A program made the position numbers and the translations under genes. Below, piece by piece: positions 26,977 through 35,015 of a stretch of DNA of 64,000 bases; positions within the stretch are counted from its first letter, which is position 1; every line of letters begins with the position of its first letter. The DNA is from Parcubacteria group bacterium (lineage in GTDB: Bacteria; Patescibacteriota; Minisyncoccia; Phycocordibacterales; UBA2135): the NCBI GenBank assembly GCA_016204045.1, contig JACQLQ010000001.1, positions 193,579 through 257,578 on the forward strand, given 5' to 3'. The notes below the pieces were generated by a model. The model searched no databases. It saw nothing but the letters and a program-made list of their open reading frames with translations, and was not told where the DNA came from.

Positions 26977-27402
26977 TTAGATATTCCGAAAATAGCAGGT
27001 GTAATCCGTGCCCTTCTCGAATCCGAGTGCGGCGTAGCGTGCCTCGAAATCTTTGTTGCCCACAGGTGCCAAGACGAGGACTTGGGAGTGCCCGCGGCTT
27101 TGCAAGATTGCGAGCGCCTTGTCGCATAGGACAGTAAGGACATCTTTTTCATTTGCGTCTTTCAGTACCGCAAAACGGAAAAGCCATGCAGTCCGCGTAT
27201 CTTCAATGAGTGAAATTGTTCCCACTGTCTTTCCTCCGGACTCGCAGATGAGAATTGCCTCCGGGTCCTCGGCAATTTTCCGTGCCAAGCGTTCTTCTGA
27301 GTCGCGATTGAGGTCAAATTGCCCACCATAAAGTTCGCCTTGTTTGTAAAGCGAAGCAACCGCCGCGTAATCAGATGTTTTGTAATTCCGTATGGAAAAC
27401 AT
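26977..27402 (-). CDS. GNAT-family N-acetyltransferase
   Basis: 141 aa, with acetyl-CoA motif region ISLIEDT...AWLFRFAV and the RGHSQVLVLA pattern. Confidence 0.65.
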   Translation of the reverse strand: MFSIRNYKTSDYAAVASLYKQGELYGGQFDLNRDSEERLARKIAEDPEAILICESGGKTVGTISLIEDTRTAWLFRFAVLKDANEKDVLTVLCDKALAILQSRGHSQVLVLAPVGNKDFEARYAALGFEKGTDYTCYFRNI

Positions 27403-27407
27403 TGTGT

Positions 27408-28010
27408 TTATGATGTCTCAGGGAGTTTTTGTAAAATCGTTGGTTGGTTTCCTATACCATTTTGAAGGATTCTGCATCTTTTCTCGGTAACCATTTTTTG
27501 TATGATTTCTTCTATGTTTGTGTCACGGGAGAATGCAAGTGCGGGTGCATACCGCAACTCTCCGCCAACTTTTAAAACGCGCAAAGCCTCCTTAAAAAAC
27601 TGACTTACCTGTTGGTGCGTGCCGTAAAGCGGCAGAGAATAGTGAGCAATGATTAAATCAAAAGTCTCGTCTTCAAAGGGAAGCATCTCCGCAATTCCAG
27701 CAACAGTTTTTTCGCGTACCCCGGGAGTGTTTGTTTCTTGTAAAAGTTTTTCTAGGGGCTCTTCAACGCGTATCCTCTCATGAAAACGTTGTTTTTCTTC
27801 CGGAGACGCAAAGACGGGGTCGAGTGATACCACTTGAGCGTCTATTCCCGCCTCTTGTAATTCTTTGGTGAATCTTCTCGTCCCGCTCCCCACATCAAGA
27901 ATTGTCTTACCACTCAAAACCTCCGGCGTTAATTGCAGGTCACGCATGTAGTCCTTCAGCCCCCAATTAGTTGTTGGTATCTCCACCCACTGTCTAGGAG
28001 GTTTTTCCAT
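27408..28010 (-). CDS. class I SAM-dependent methyltransferase
   Basis: Motif I ILDVGSGTRRF. Confidence 0.75.
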   Translation of the reverse strand: MEKPPRQWVEIPTTNWGLKDYMRDLQLTPEVLSGKTILDVGSGTRRFTKELQEAGIDAQVVSLDPVFASPEEKQRFHERIRVEEPLEKLLQETNTPGVREKTVAGIAEMLPFEDETFDLIIAHYSLPLYGTHQQVSQFFKEALRVLKVGGELRYAPALAFSRDTNIEEIIQKMVTEKRCRILQNGIGNQPTILQKLPETS

Positions 28011-28113
28011 AGATTGCTTACTAGTTTATATTGAGTCCTTACCCATGAAGCAGGGATTCAGTCTTCCTTACTCAAAAGTTTTCCAGAGAGCGTCGTCCTT
28101 GTCTATTGGCAGA

Positions 28114-28155
28114 TTCCAACATTCTAATATTCTATAGAATGTTGGAATGTTTTTT
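28114..28155 (+). terminator. perfect 13-bp palindrome (ttccaacattcta / tagaatgttggaa) followed by TGTTTTTT on the plus strand
   Basis: Inverted repeat with an 8-nt loop. The T-run is on the plus strand only, although both flanking genes are on the minus strand. Confidence 0.5.
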
Positions 28156-28915
28156 AACGTGCTTCAACGGCGAGGAAGAGGGGAATTTCTTTGCGTGCTC
28201 GATCTTCGCCCTCGGTGCGCGGGCCCTTCTGGCTTTTCTTGTGCGAGATCCACTCCTCCATACGCGTAATAGCGAAGCCCGCCGTACGGAGTGCTTTCGC
28301 AAAGTCCTGGAGCGAACGGTGGAATGTCCACGTGTATGAACTGTCTGCACCGGGATGCATTTCTATTTTTGCTTTCGCGGGAGTGAGGTATTGCTCGACG
28401 CGGCGGTATTGTGTTTTGTTTTTGTCGTCCCAGACCCAGCTTGAATGTTTGGGTATGCGAAAGGCCGGATGATTCACGACAAAGATAAATCTGCCGTCTT
28501 TGGTAAGCACCCTGCGCACCTCTTTGAGTGTCGTGAGAAGGTTCTCGATGTTCTGTAGTGCAAGGATGCACACGACCGTGTCGAAGGTATCGTCGCCGAA
28601 GGGGAGCTTCGCTGCATCTGCGACATGAAAAATTGCTTTCGGAAGTGCGTGCCTAGCTTTTTCTACAAGCGCCTCTGACGCATCAACACCGACGACACCC
28701 GCCCCTTTTTCGAGCAAGTGTTTTGCGAAGTACCCTTGTCCGCAAGCAAGGTCGAGCACCCGCTCTCCCTTCTTGAGCTCTAGGATGCGGAGCAGGTTCG
28801 GCAGGATTACTTTCTCCTGATACGTGTCAGCGCCCGTAAGGTACTCATCGTACCACTCTGCCGACTCTTCCCATGATGTTTTAGTTTGTTTCGGCATAGT
28901 GTAAGTGTACACCAT
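28154..28915 (-). CDS. class I SAM-dependent methyltransferase (Methyltransf_11/UbiE-like)
   Basis: Motif I VLDLACGQGYF. Motif post-I VVGVDASE. Confidence 0.8.
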   Translation of the reverse strand: MVYTYTMPKQTKTSWEESAEWYDEYLTGADTYQEKVILPNLLRILELKKGERVLDLACGQGYFAKHLLEKGAGVVGVDASEALVEKARHALPKAIFHVADAAKLPFGDDTFDTVVCILALQNIENLLTTLKEVRRVLTKDGRFIFVVNHPAFRIPKHSSWVWDDKNKTQYRRVEQYLTPAKAKIEMHPGADSSYTWTFHRSLQDFAKALRTAGFAITRMEEWISHKKSQKGPRTEGEDRARKEIPLFLAVEAR

Positions 28916-29856
28916 TACCCGTGGAGTATGTATTCAACGGCAACGAAAACTATGTAGAGCAAGACAAGGAGAACACCTTCTTTTTTAGTCAGCAGTTTTC
29001 CCGAGCGCATGAATTGGAACAGCACTAAGGCCGATGCGACCATGAACGCGGCGGTGATGTAGACGATCTCTTTGGGAAAGTAAAAAGGGCTAATGAGGGC
29101 CAAGATACCAACAACAATCGTTGCGTCAGAGATGACGGTGCCGAGGATATCGCCCAGGGCAAGCTCATCTCTGTTTTGCCGGACAGCGCGAATGGAGAAA
29201 AGGAGTTCAGGAAGAGTGGTGCCCAAACCGACAACAAGCATGCCGATGAGTATGGGGCTCAAGCTCACCGATTCGGCGAGGGCGATACCGTATTGTACGG
29301 TTAAATGCGAGCCCACAATGAGACCACCCGTACTCAAGAGTAGGTACAAGAGGTTCAAGAGGTAGTGATAGTGGTGGTGTTCTCCCTGCGAAGGGGCGTG
29401 GTGATGATTTTCTCTGAATGTCCAGTAGAAAAAGAAGAGACCAGCGGCGATGAGGAGTACGCCCTCGATTCTCGAGTAGTAGCCATCGAAGCCGACGAAA
29501 ATCGGCAAGGCGAGGAGGAGGGGATACCAGCGGTTCTGTTCGAGGATCTTACTCCCGACTTTTATCCCGCTCACAGTTGCGAAAACGACAATGGCAAAGA
29601 CGAGTGTGAGGTCTGCCACGTTTGAACCGAAAAGTGTCCCCAATCCGAAAGCGGGGACACCGCGTAGCGATGCGTCTATGCCGATAAGTGTCTCCGGAAG
29701 TATGGAAATGACTGCGACAACAAGAAAGCCAACGACATATTTGGGGAGCCGGAGGATGTGCGCAAAATATGTAGCGTATTTGATCGCCAGGTCAGCGCTT
29801 TTAATGACCACAAAGAGCGACGCGGCGAGAAAGAGTAGGTTGGACATGAGTTTCAA
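28915..29856 (-). CDS. Na+/Ca2+ exchanger (CaCA family, YrbG-like) membrane protein
   Basis: Alpha-repeat motifs GTLFGSNVADLTL and GLGTTLPELLFS. His-rich central loop. Confidence 0.75.
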   Translation of the reverse strand: MKLMSNLLFLAASLFVVIKSADLAIKYATYFAHILRLPKYVVGFLVVAVISILPETLIGIDASLRGVPAFGLGTLFGSNVADLTLVFAIVVFATVSGIKVGSKILEQNRWYPLLLALPIFVGFDGYYSRIEGVLLIAAGLFFFYWTFRENHHHAPSQGEHHHYHYLLNLLYLLLSTGGLIVGSHLTVQYGIALAESVSLSPILIGMLVVGLGTTLPELLFSIRAVRQNRDELALGDILGTVISDATIVVGILALISPFYFPKEIVYITAAFMVASALVLFQFMRSGKLLTKKEGVLLVLLYIVFVAVEYILHG

Positions 29857-29921
29857 TTGTACAAAATTGCAGTGTGAGTCGGTCGGGATAGGAGCGACTA
29901 CTTTAGCTAAGTATCGCTGGA

Positions 29922-30365
29922 CTAAGAACCGGGAAGGTTCTTCGATATTTCCTTGTGCTCACTTATTCCCTTGGGTATATAATTACCCACTCTAAGAACA
30001 TGTCCGACCGCAGAAATGAAATTATATTTTCTTGCATATTTTATAAATTTTTTATTTTCCTCAATCATATTTTGTGCTTCAACGACTTTCCTAAAATTAT
30101 CAGCACCTTCGCCAAGAGTTTGGGGGGTTATGGATTTTTCAACCAATTGAACCATCTTTTCAAGTAATTTTTCTAGAAGTGGCAACGAGCGTTCTACTTC
30201 ATCGGCATGTGCATTTAATAATCTTTTTTCTTTCTTTGAAAATATATATATAAGAGTGGCGATTGGTGTTGCGCCACCTACCACAGTAAAAAATGAGAAC
30301 ACGAAAGGTACTGCAATATTATCCGCAACAAACCGTATTAACAGATTTAAGAAATTGGCCAGCAT
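29922..30365 (-). CDS. hypothetical protein with an N-terminal TM helix (147 aa)
   Basis: ORF in the AT-rich island with no recognisable domain. Confidence 0.45.
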   Translation of the reverse strand: MLANFLNLLIRFVADNIAVPFVFSFFTVVGGATPIATLIYIFSKKEKRLLNAHADEVERSLPLLEKLLEKMVQLVEKSITPQTLGEGADNFRKVVEAQNMIEENKKFIKYARKYNFISAVGHVLRVGNYIPKGISEHKEISKNLPGS

Positions 30366-30387
30366 GTTTATAAAATTTGATTAAGTT

Positions 30388-30430
30388 CACAATTTGCCCG
30401 GTCTCTCGGACGAGCGTTCAATCCTGCGGA
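30388..30430. repeat. copy 1 of an approximately 42-nt repeat (cccggtctctcg...tgcggagcgag) resembling a tRNA-Ser 3' end
   Basis: Second copy at 30788-30840. Both lie just upstream of small minus-strand ORFs. Confidence 0.5.
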
Positions 30431-30469
30431 GCGAGTGGAATTCAATTGCCTTTCGGGAATCCACTGATA

Positions 30470-30751
30470 TTAAGAGAAGTCAATAACCACTAGAACCACA
30501 GTGGCAACTGCTAAAATTATAGTGGCAACAGCTAAAGCCCTTGTCCATACCACTAATCTAGAAGATAGCTCAGATGAGGTTTGATTGAATTTTTCCATGT
30601 TCTTATTTAGTTGTTTTGCTTGATTTTCAACTTGTTGTATTGAAATAGTAAGAGCTATCATCGCGTTTGTAGTACCCGTTGTATCAGGGTGTGTACGTAT
30701 ATAGTTCCCGGCGGCAGTTATATAATTATCTATTTTCTTTTCCTTATCCAT
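30470..30751 (-). CDS. hypothetical tail-anchored protein (93 aa, start at MDKEKK)
   Basis: C-terminal TM helix. The longer ORF-track version would run across the tRNA-like repeat. Confidence 0.45.
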   Translation of the reverse strand: MDKEKKIDNYITAAGNYIRTHPDTTGTTNAMIALTISIQQVENQAKQLNKNMEKFNQTSSELSSRLVVWTRALAVATIILAVATVVLVVIDFS

Positions 30752-30787
30752 ACAAATATAGTTTACTAATTGATTATGACAAAGCAA

Positions 30788-30840
30788 CCCCGGTCTCTCG
30801 AGCGCGAAGTTACGATTTGCGGAGACGGGAGGGATAGAAC
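30788..30840. repeat. copy 2 of the approximately 42-nt repeat, including gcggagacgggagg, which is identical to the 3' acceptor/T-stem of tRNA-Ser at 33291-33304 (putative att remnant)
   Basis: Direct comparison with the tRNA-Ser gene 2.45 kb away, in the same orientation. Confidence 0.5.
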
Positions 30841-30924
30841 TCTTTGAGAACCCACGGTTCTCAACGTGGGGCTCCAGTCGGAAGATGCCCTCATCAGGTG
30901 AGCCCCCCTCTTTATCTGGGCACA

Positions 30925-31455
30925 TCAGGGAGTCTGTAAAATTACATCGCTACAGCTCCTCTCACTAAACCCCACCATTTCCAAATTTGAGGCGATCGTT
31001 TTTGAGATGTCGGTGAGGTCTTTGAATACTTGATTTTTTAGTTGGTCTACTGCACGCTGTCCTCCATCAATGCCGACAAAAGGCTCTTGATATTCAAGTC
31101 TCCCAAGTATTCTATTTGCGGCCTCCATGTTGTGTATTGTTGCAATTAAACTCTGCCTCGCAGAAACATCTTTCGCGTATTCGTTATTTATCATACTACC
31201 CCAATTAGAGAAATATTCATCTGTCCGATATCGCGTGTTCCAATTCCATGTTTGTCCCTCACTTTTTGTAAATAACGTGGCGACTCTGTGATTATAGCAA
31301 AATGTGGTTCGCAATGTATCATCGATTAAGTTTTCGTGCCCCAGATATTGCCACAGAGTAAGGGCTATTCCAACGACCACCAGAGTCGGTCCCCAATGTC
31401 GGAAGACAGAGTTTAAGTTTTCTGCAATAGAGCCCTCAGAATCAATTGGTTCCAT
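30925..31455 (-). CDS. hypothetical membrane-anchored protein (176 aa)
   Basis: ORF whose stop overlaps the downstream gene's start (ATGA). One TM helix. Confidence 0.5.
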   Translation of the reverse strand: MEPIDSEGSIAENLNSVFRHWGPTLVVVGIALTLWQYLGHENLIDDTLRTTFCYNHRVATLFTKSEGQTWNWNTRYRTDEYFSNWGSMINNEYAKDVSARQSLIATIHNMEAANRILGRLEYQEPFVGIDGGQRAVDQLKNQVFKDLTDISKTIASNLEMVGFSERSCSDVILQTP

Positions 31456-31583
31456 ATAGGTTCATGACCTTATTTACAATTTTTGTAGAGACAAAAGAGA
31501 TAGAACTGAACCACATAATATTTAAGAGTTTCTTGGGCCGCTTGCCATGTCTCGTTTTGGTGCGGCTCACTCGGCTATTTTAG

Positions 31584-32216
31584 TTACAAGTTTAAATTTA
31601 GAAGCGCCTCCTCGATCGTTGGTAATAATTTTAAGAAAGATTGAGGATTATTTGGGTCGACCCCAGACAAACTAATTGCCTGATTAACAGCGCCCTGAAT
31701 GTTTCCTTGCAATATCGTGTCTGGGTACTTAGACGCAAAATAGACATCGAATAAGCGAAACAACGGGACATTGTGTTTAGTGAGAAGTAGATACATGCGC
31801 GTTGAATCCATCATGTAATATTCTGTTGCCCCGAAGTTGAATTTAATTATTCCATCCGGATCTTTATCGGCGTGTTTAAAAAAGTTTTTGGCTGCATTTA
31901 TTGCTTTGAATACTTCATCCTTTTTTTCTGGCTTTACCCAATCGAGCAACTGGCCATGAACACTCTTTATCTTCTGTTTTTCTCCGATATCGTTCAAAAT
32001 TTGAAAAGCTGCACCCGCGAGTGTGTGTATCGCAATAGGGTCTCCGCCCCTAAAAAATAAATTTATAGCTGTTTCGAGCTGACGCTTGGCGGCGTCCAAT
32101 TTTGAAATATGTAATTCCATGATTTTTTTGTAGAAATCTTTGTTTGCGGGGACGTGAGGATGCGAACCTTTAATGTGGGACAGGAAGGAATACGTGCCCC
32201 TCTTTTTCAACAACAT
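31584..32216 (-). CDS. hypothetical protein (up to 210 aa; real start may be the internal MELHI)
   Basis: ORF in the AT-rich island. Confidence 0.45.
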   Translation of the reverse strand: MLLKKRGTYSFLSHIKGSHPHVPANKDFYKKIMELHISKLDAAKRQLETAINLFFRGGDPIAIHTLAGAAFQILNDIGEKQKIKSVHGQLLDWVKPEKKDEVFKAINAAKNFFKHADKDPDGIIKFNFGATEYYMMDSTRMYLLLTKHNVPLFRLFDVYFASKYPDTILQGNIQGAVNQAISLSGVDPNNPQSFLKLLPTIEEALLNLNL

Positions 32217-32685
32217 CTTTCAATGAAAGATCGTAAAACTTGACTCGTTTCCCATTGTCGAAGGTAATAAAGTATGGCTGACAGTACGGACCTTGGTCTT
32301 GTCTCCCCGACATCGCATCTTTGTGAATCCGAGCGAATTCTTCGAGCGTATCGCCAATGACGATACCGCAGTGCTCAAGACCGGGAGGGTATGGCACGTT
32401 TGGTTTCGGCGGCATGAGTTCGATCAAATCAACCCTGAAGCCGTTGAGCAAAGAAAGAGGTTCTCTGAGTAGCAACTTTGAGATTGGTCGTCCGTTGTGC
32501 TCATTTTCTACATATGAAACGCAATGCTTTTTTATATCCTCACGTAGTCGCTCGTATGCTTCAAAGGTTGTGGTACGGACGCCGAGATGACTTATGGCAT
32601 AGCCGGCAATATCAATCCCAAGCCCTTTGAGTCGACTGACTATATCTTGGAAAAACGATTTGTAGTCTCCGATGAGTTCTTCCAT
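32170..32685 (-). CDS. hypothetical protein (171 aa)
   Basis: ORF in the AT-rich island. No recognisable domain. Confidence 0.45.
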   Translation of the reverse strand: MEELIGDYKSFFQDIVSRLKGLGIDIAGYAISHLGVRTTTFEAYERLREDIKKHCVSYVENEHNGRPISKLLLREPLSLLNGFRVDLIELMPPKPNVPYPPGLEHCGIVIGDTLEEFARIHKDAMSGRQDQGPYCQPYFITFDNGKRVKFYDLSLKDVVEKEGHVFLPVPH

Positions 32686-32799
32686 AGTAAGTTTATTCTA
32701 TCTGCGGTGAGGGTTGGTTTAGAACCTTGCTCGTACAAGTATTGTAAGGGTTTTTTGAGCTTTTTCCTAGAGTGCAGCTTGACTGGAGTCGATCGCAAC

Positions 32800-33249
32800 T
32801 TAAAATAAGCGTTTGCATCTTCGAGATCCGCAGCCGCATTTAATCACTCCGCCACCTTTATATGAAAAATCAGCAGTTAGTTCCTCTCCCCCAAGGATTT
32901 TCTTCTTTGCGATCATCACTAATTTATCTAGTATCGTACAATTTGGGGTGCATGAATGATTTACAAAATCACCGGAGTCTAACTCCGTTGTACTCTTTTC
33001 AGCTAACCAAAAACCTGGGTAAACTTCGATAGCATAATTTGAGGAAATACGTCTGGGTAAACTCTCCAGCTCTTTCGATGTCATCGCGTGGCCACCCCAA
33101 ACAGCAACTACAGTACCTTTTTGCAACTCACTCGTAGCGAATAAACCTATCCCATGGATCGAGCTCGGTCGAACTTCTGTATTTGGAGATACATAGTTAT
33201 TTCTTCTGGGCTTTTCATTTATTCGTTTGATAATTCTTTTATAGTCCAT
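32800..33249 (-). CDS. SET-domain protein (putative protein-lysine methyltransferase) with a post-SET Cys cluster
   Basis: IHGIGLFA, NHSCTPNC and C-terminal CGCGSRRC motifs. Confidence 0.75.
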   Translation of the reverse strand: MDYKRIIKRINEKPRRNNYVSPNTEVRPSSIHGIGLFATSELQKGTVVAVWGGHAMTSKELESLPRRISSNYAIEVYPGFWLAEKSTTELDSGDFVNHSCTPNCTILDKLVMIAKKKILGGEELTADFSYKGGGVIKCGCGSRRCKRLF

Positions 33250-33289
33250 GCACGAGAATCACGCTTCGTAGAAGCTTCGAATGTAAAAC

Positions 33290-33381
33290 TTGGCGGAGAC
33301 GGGAGGATTCGAACCTCCGAGGGGGTTTAATCCCCCTAACTCCTTAGCACGGAGCCGGTTTCAACCACTCACCCACGTCTC
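33290..33381 (-). tRNA. tRNA-Ser (GCU), type II with a long variable arm and CCA encoded
   Basis: Reverse complement reads GGAGACG-tg-ggtg...gctcc-gtGCTaa-ggagt-tagggggattaaaccccct-cggag-gttcgaat-cctcc-cgtctcc-G-CCA. Confidence 0.85.
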
Positions 33382-33448
33382 CAATCCACACAAAATAGCA
33401 CATTTTTCTGGCGATTTAAACCTTGCGCCCAGAGCCTGACCGTGTAGA

Positions 33449-33715
33449 GTGCAAAGTAGAAGGATCGTCACTGTGTACAGGAGATTCGTCGTGACCAAGA
33501 GAAACACACCGCTGTTTGCCATGTTTGCCGGATTTACCCCCACAGGTAGCACAGACGGCGTCTCTCATGCGTTACATTCCGGTTCCCCGAATTGTCCGAG
33601 TTGTGGCGCTCCACCGAGTGAACATGAAGTGAGGAATCACGATCTTGCGGCTCACGACGGCGATGTACACTGCAAGCGGTGTGGTGCGTACGTGAGGATG
33701 TATGACGCTGGCTAG
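33449..33715 (+). CDS. putative small zinc-ribbon protein (CPSC...CKRC)
   Basis: Two CxxC pairs. The start codon is uncertain. Confidence 0.3.
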   Translation: MQSRRIVTVYRRFVVTKRNTPLFAMFAGFTPTGSTDGVSHALHSGSPNCPSCGAPPSEHEVRNHDLAAHDGDVHCKRCGAYVRMYDAG

Positions 33716-33862
33716 GTTCGATAACGAGGTTTTCGCGCAAAGCGAAGACCTCTTTTAATTAATGCGTCTGTGTACGCCGCCGCTTACTTCGCGCCAACTG
33801 TGCAAGAGATGCGGTGAAAGTGGCTATCACAAAAAAATAAGACCTGCGTTATAATAGATTCT

Positions 33863-34945
33863 ATGACCCCGCGTAATGTTTTTGTAGGCGCAGCCCTCAT
33901 TTTTGTGATTGCAGCAGGAGTTTTGTGGAGTGAAAACTCTGGCACAACGCAAGCGCAGCTTGGAAGTTTGAGCAAAATCAAAGATCACAAGAACTGCGAT
34001 CTGGTACCGCACAAGAGACAGTTTTCACATCAGCCATATTATACGGGGCCATTGATTGACGCCCACCTGCACATGCCGGTTTCTTCTAAAATTGTAAGCG
34101 CTGTAGGGAAAAAGATTGGCTTCAGTCAAATGACAGCTTTTGGCGGCAAGGTGACACTCGATTATATAATGTGTCTCTTTCAGAGCGAGGGGATAACACA
34201 GACAATAGGGTTTTTTATGACCACTCCTTTTTCTTCTTCGGCAGAGCTTGGTACGGCAAAAAGAGCGGAAAAAACATATCCCAAGAGAATAGCCGTTTTC
34301 TATATGCCGGGGCCATATGAAACGCTTAGGGTAGCTCCCGAGAAAGTGAGAAGTGTCATTGAAAAAAACAAAGCCCTTTTCAGGGGCATCGGTGAGTTAA
34401 AGAGTTTTGATGGCTCCTCCCTCGACAATCCCTATTTTTCAGAGATGTTCAAAATTGCAAACGATAACAACTTGGTGATAATGATGCATCCGTATCACAA
34501 CCACAAGGCAGTTGTGGAAAAGATAGTGAAAGAATATCCAAAGGTTACGTTCCTGTTACATGGCGGGCATGATAGTGAGTGGATCACTGATGTGATGAGG
34601 AAGTATAACAATGTGTACTATTCAATCGATGCCGATATCGCTGCTCTTTACGGTTGGGAGCGTCAACACAAGGACAAAGAACCCACCAAAGAAGAATTTC
34701 TCGCCTATCTCCATGACAATTTTGATGCACAGCTCAATGAACAAATAAGGTACTGGGGGCCCAAGATTGCGTCTTACCCAGACAAGTTTATGTGGGGGAC
34801 GGATCGTTGGTACGGCTGGCATTTTGATTATGAGGTTGGGGGGCTTATAGAAGAGTTTGGCAGAACATTTATCGGAAGACTGGATCCTTCTATTCGCGAA
34901 AGATTTGCTTATAAAAACGCAGAGAGGTTGTTGCAATCGAGGTAA
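33863..34945 (+). CDS. secreted or membrane-anchored amidohydrolase-2 (TIM-barrel metal-dependent hydrolase) family protein
   Basis: N-terminal signal-anchor. IDAHLHM metal-binding motif, and HGGHD followed by WGTDRWYGWHF. Confidence 0.65.
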   Translation: MTPRNVFVGAALIFVIAAGVLWSENSGTTQAQLGSLSKIKDHKNCDLVPHKRQFSHQPYYTGPLIDAHLHMPVSSKIVSAVGKKIGFSQMTAFGGKVTLDYIMCLFQSEGITQTIGFFMTTPFSSSAELGTAKRAEKTYPKRIAVFYMPGPYETLRVAPEKVRSVIEKNKALFRGIGELKSFDGSSLDNPYFSEMFKIANDNNLVIMMHPYHNHKAVVEKIVKEYPKVTFLLHGGHDSEWITDVMRKYNNVYYSIDADIAALYGWERQHKDKEPTKEEFLAYLHDNFDAQLNEQIRYWGPKIASYPDKFMWGTDRWYGWHFDYEVGGLIEEFGRTFIGRLDPSIRERFAYKNAERLLQSR

Positions 34946-35015
34946 AATAAGTGTTTAAGGCAATTGCAGATATGTGTTTAGTTGTACATCATTCGTCTTT
35001 TGGTATGATTCATGT

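Larger units (their letters stand above)
29860..33289. mobile_element. putative degraded integrated element or genomic island at tRNA-Ser (AT-rich, no integrase present in the window)
   Basis: GC content drops sharply. All genes are hypothetical and on one strand. Partial tRNA-Ser 3'-end direct repeats lie at 30388-30430 and 30788-30840. The island abuts the tRNA gene at 33290. Confidence 0.4.

Noticed and set aside
30752-30925. N-terminal 58 codons of ORF 30470-30925
   Set aside because: Would translate across the tRNA-like repeat. The internal Met (MDKEKK) gives a compact tail-anchored protein.
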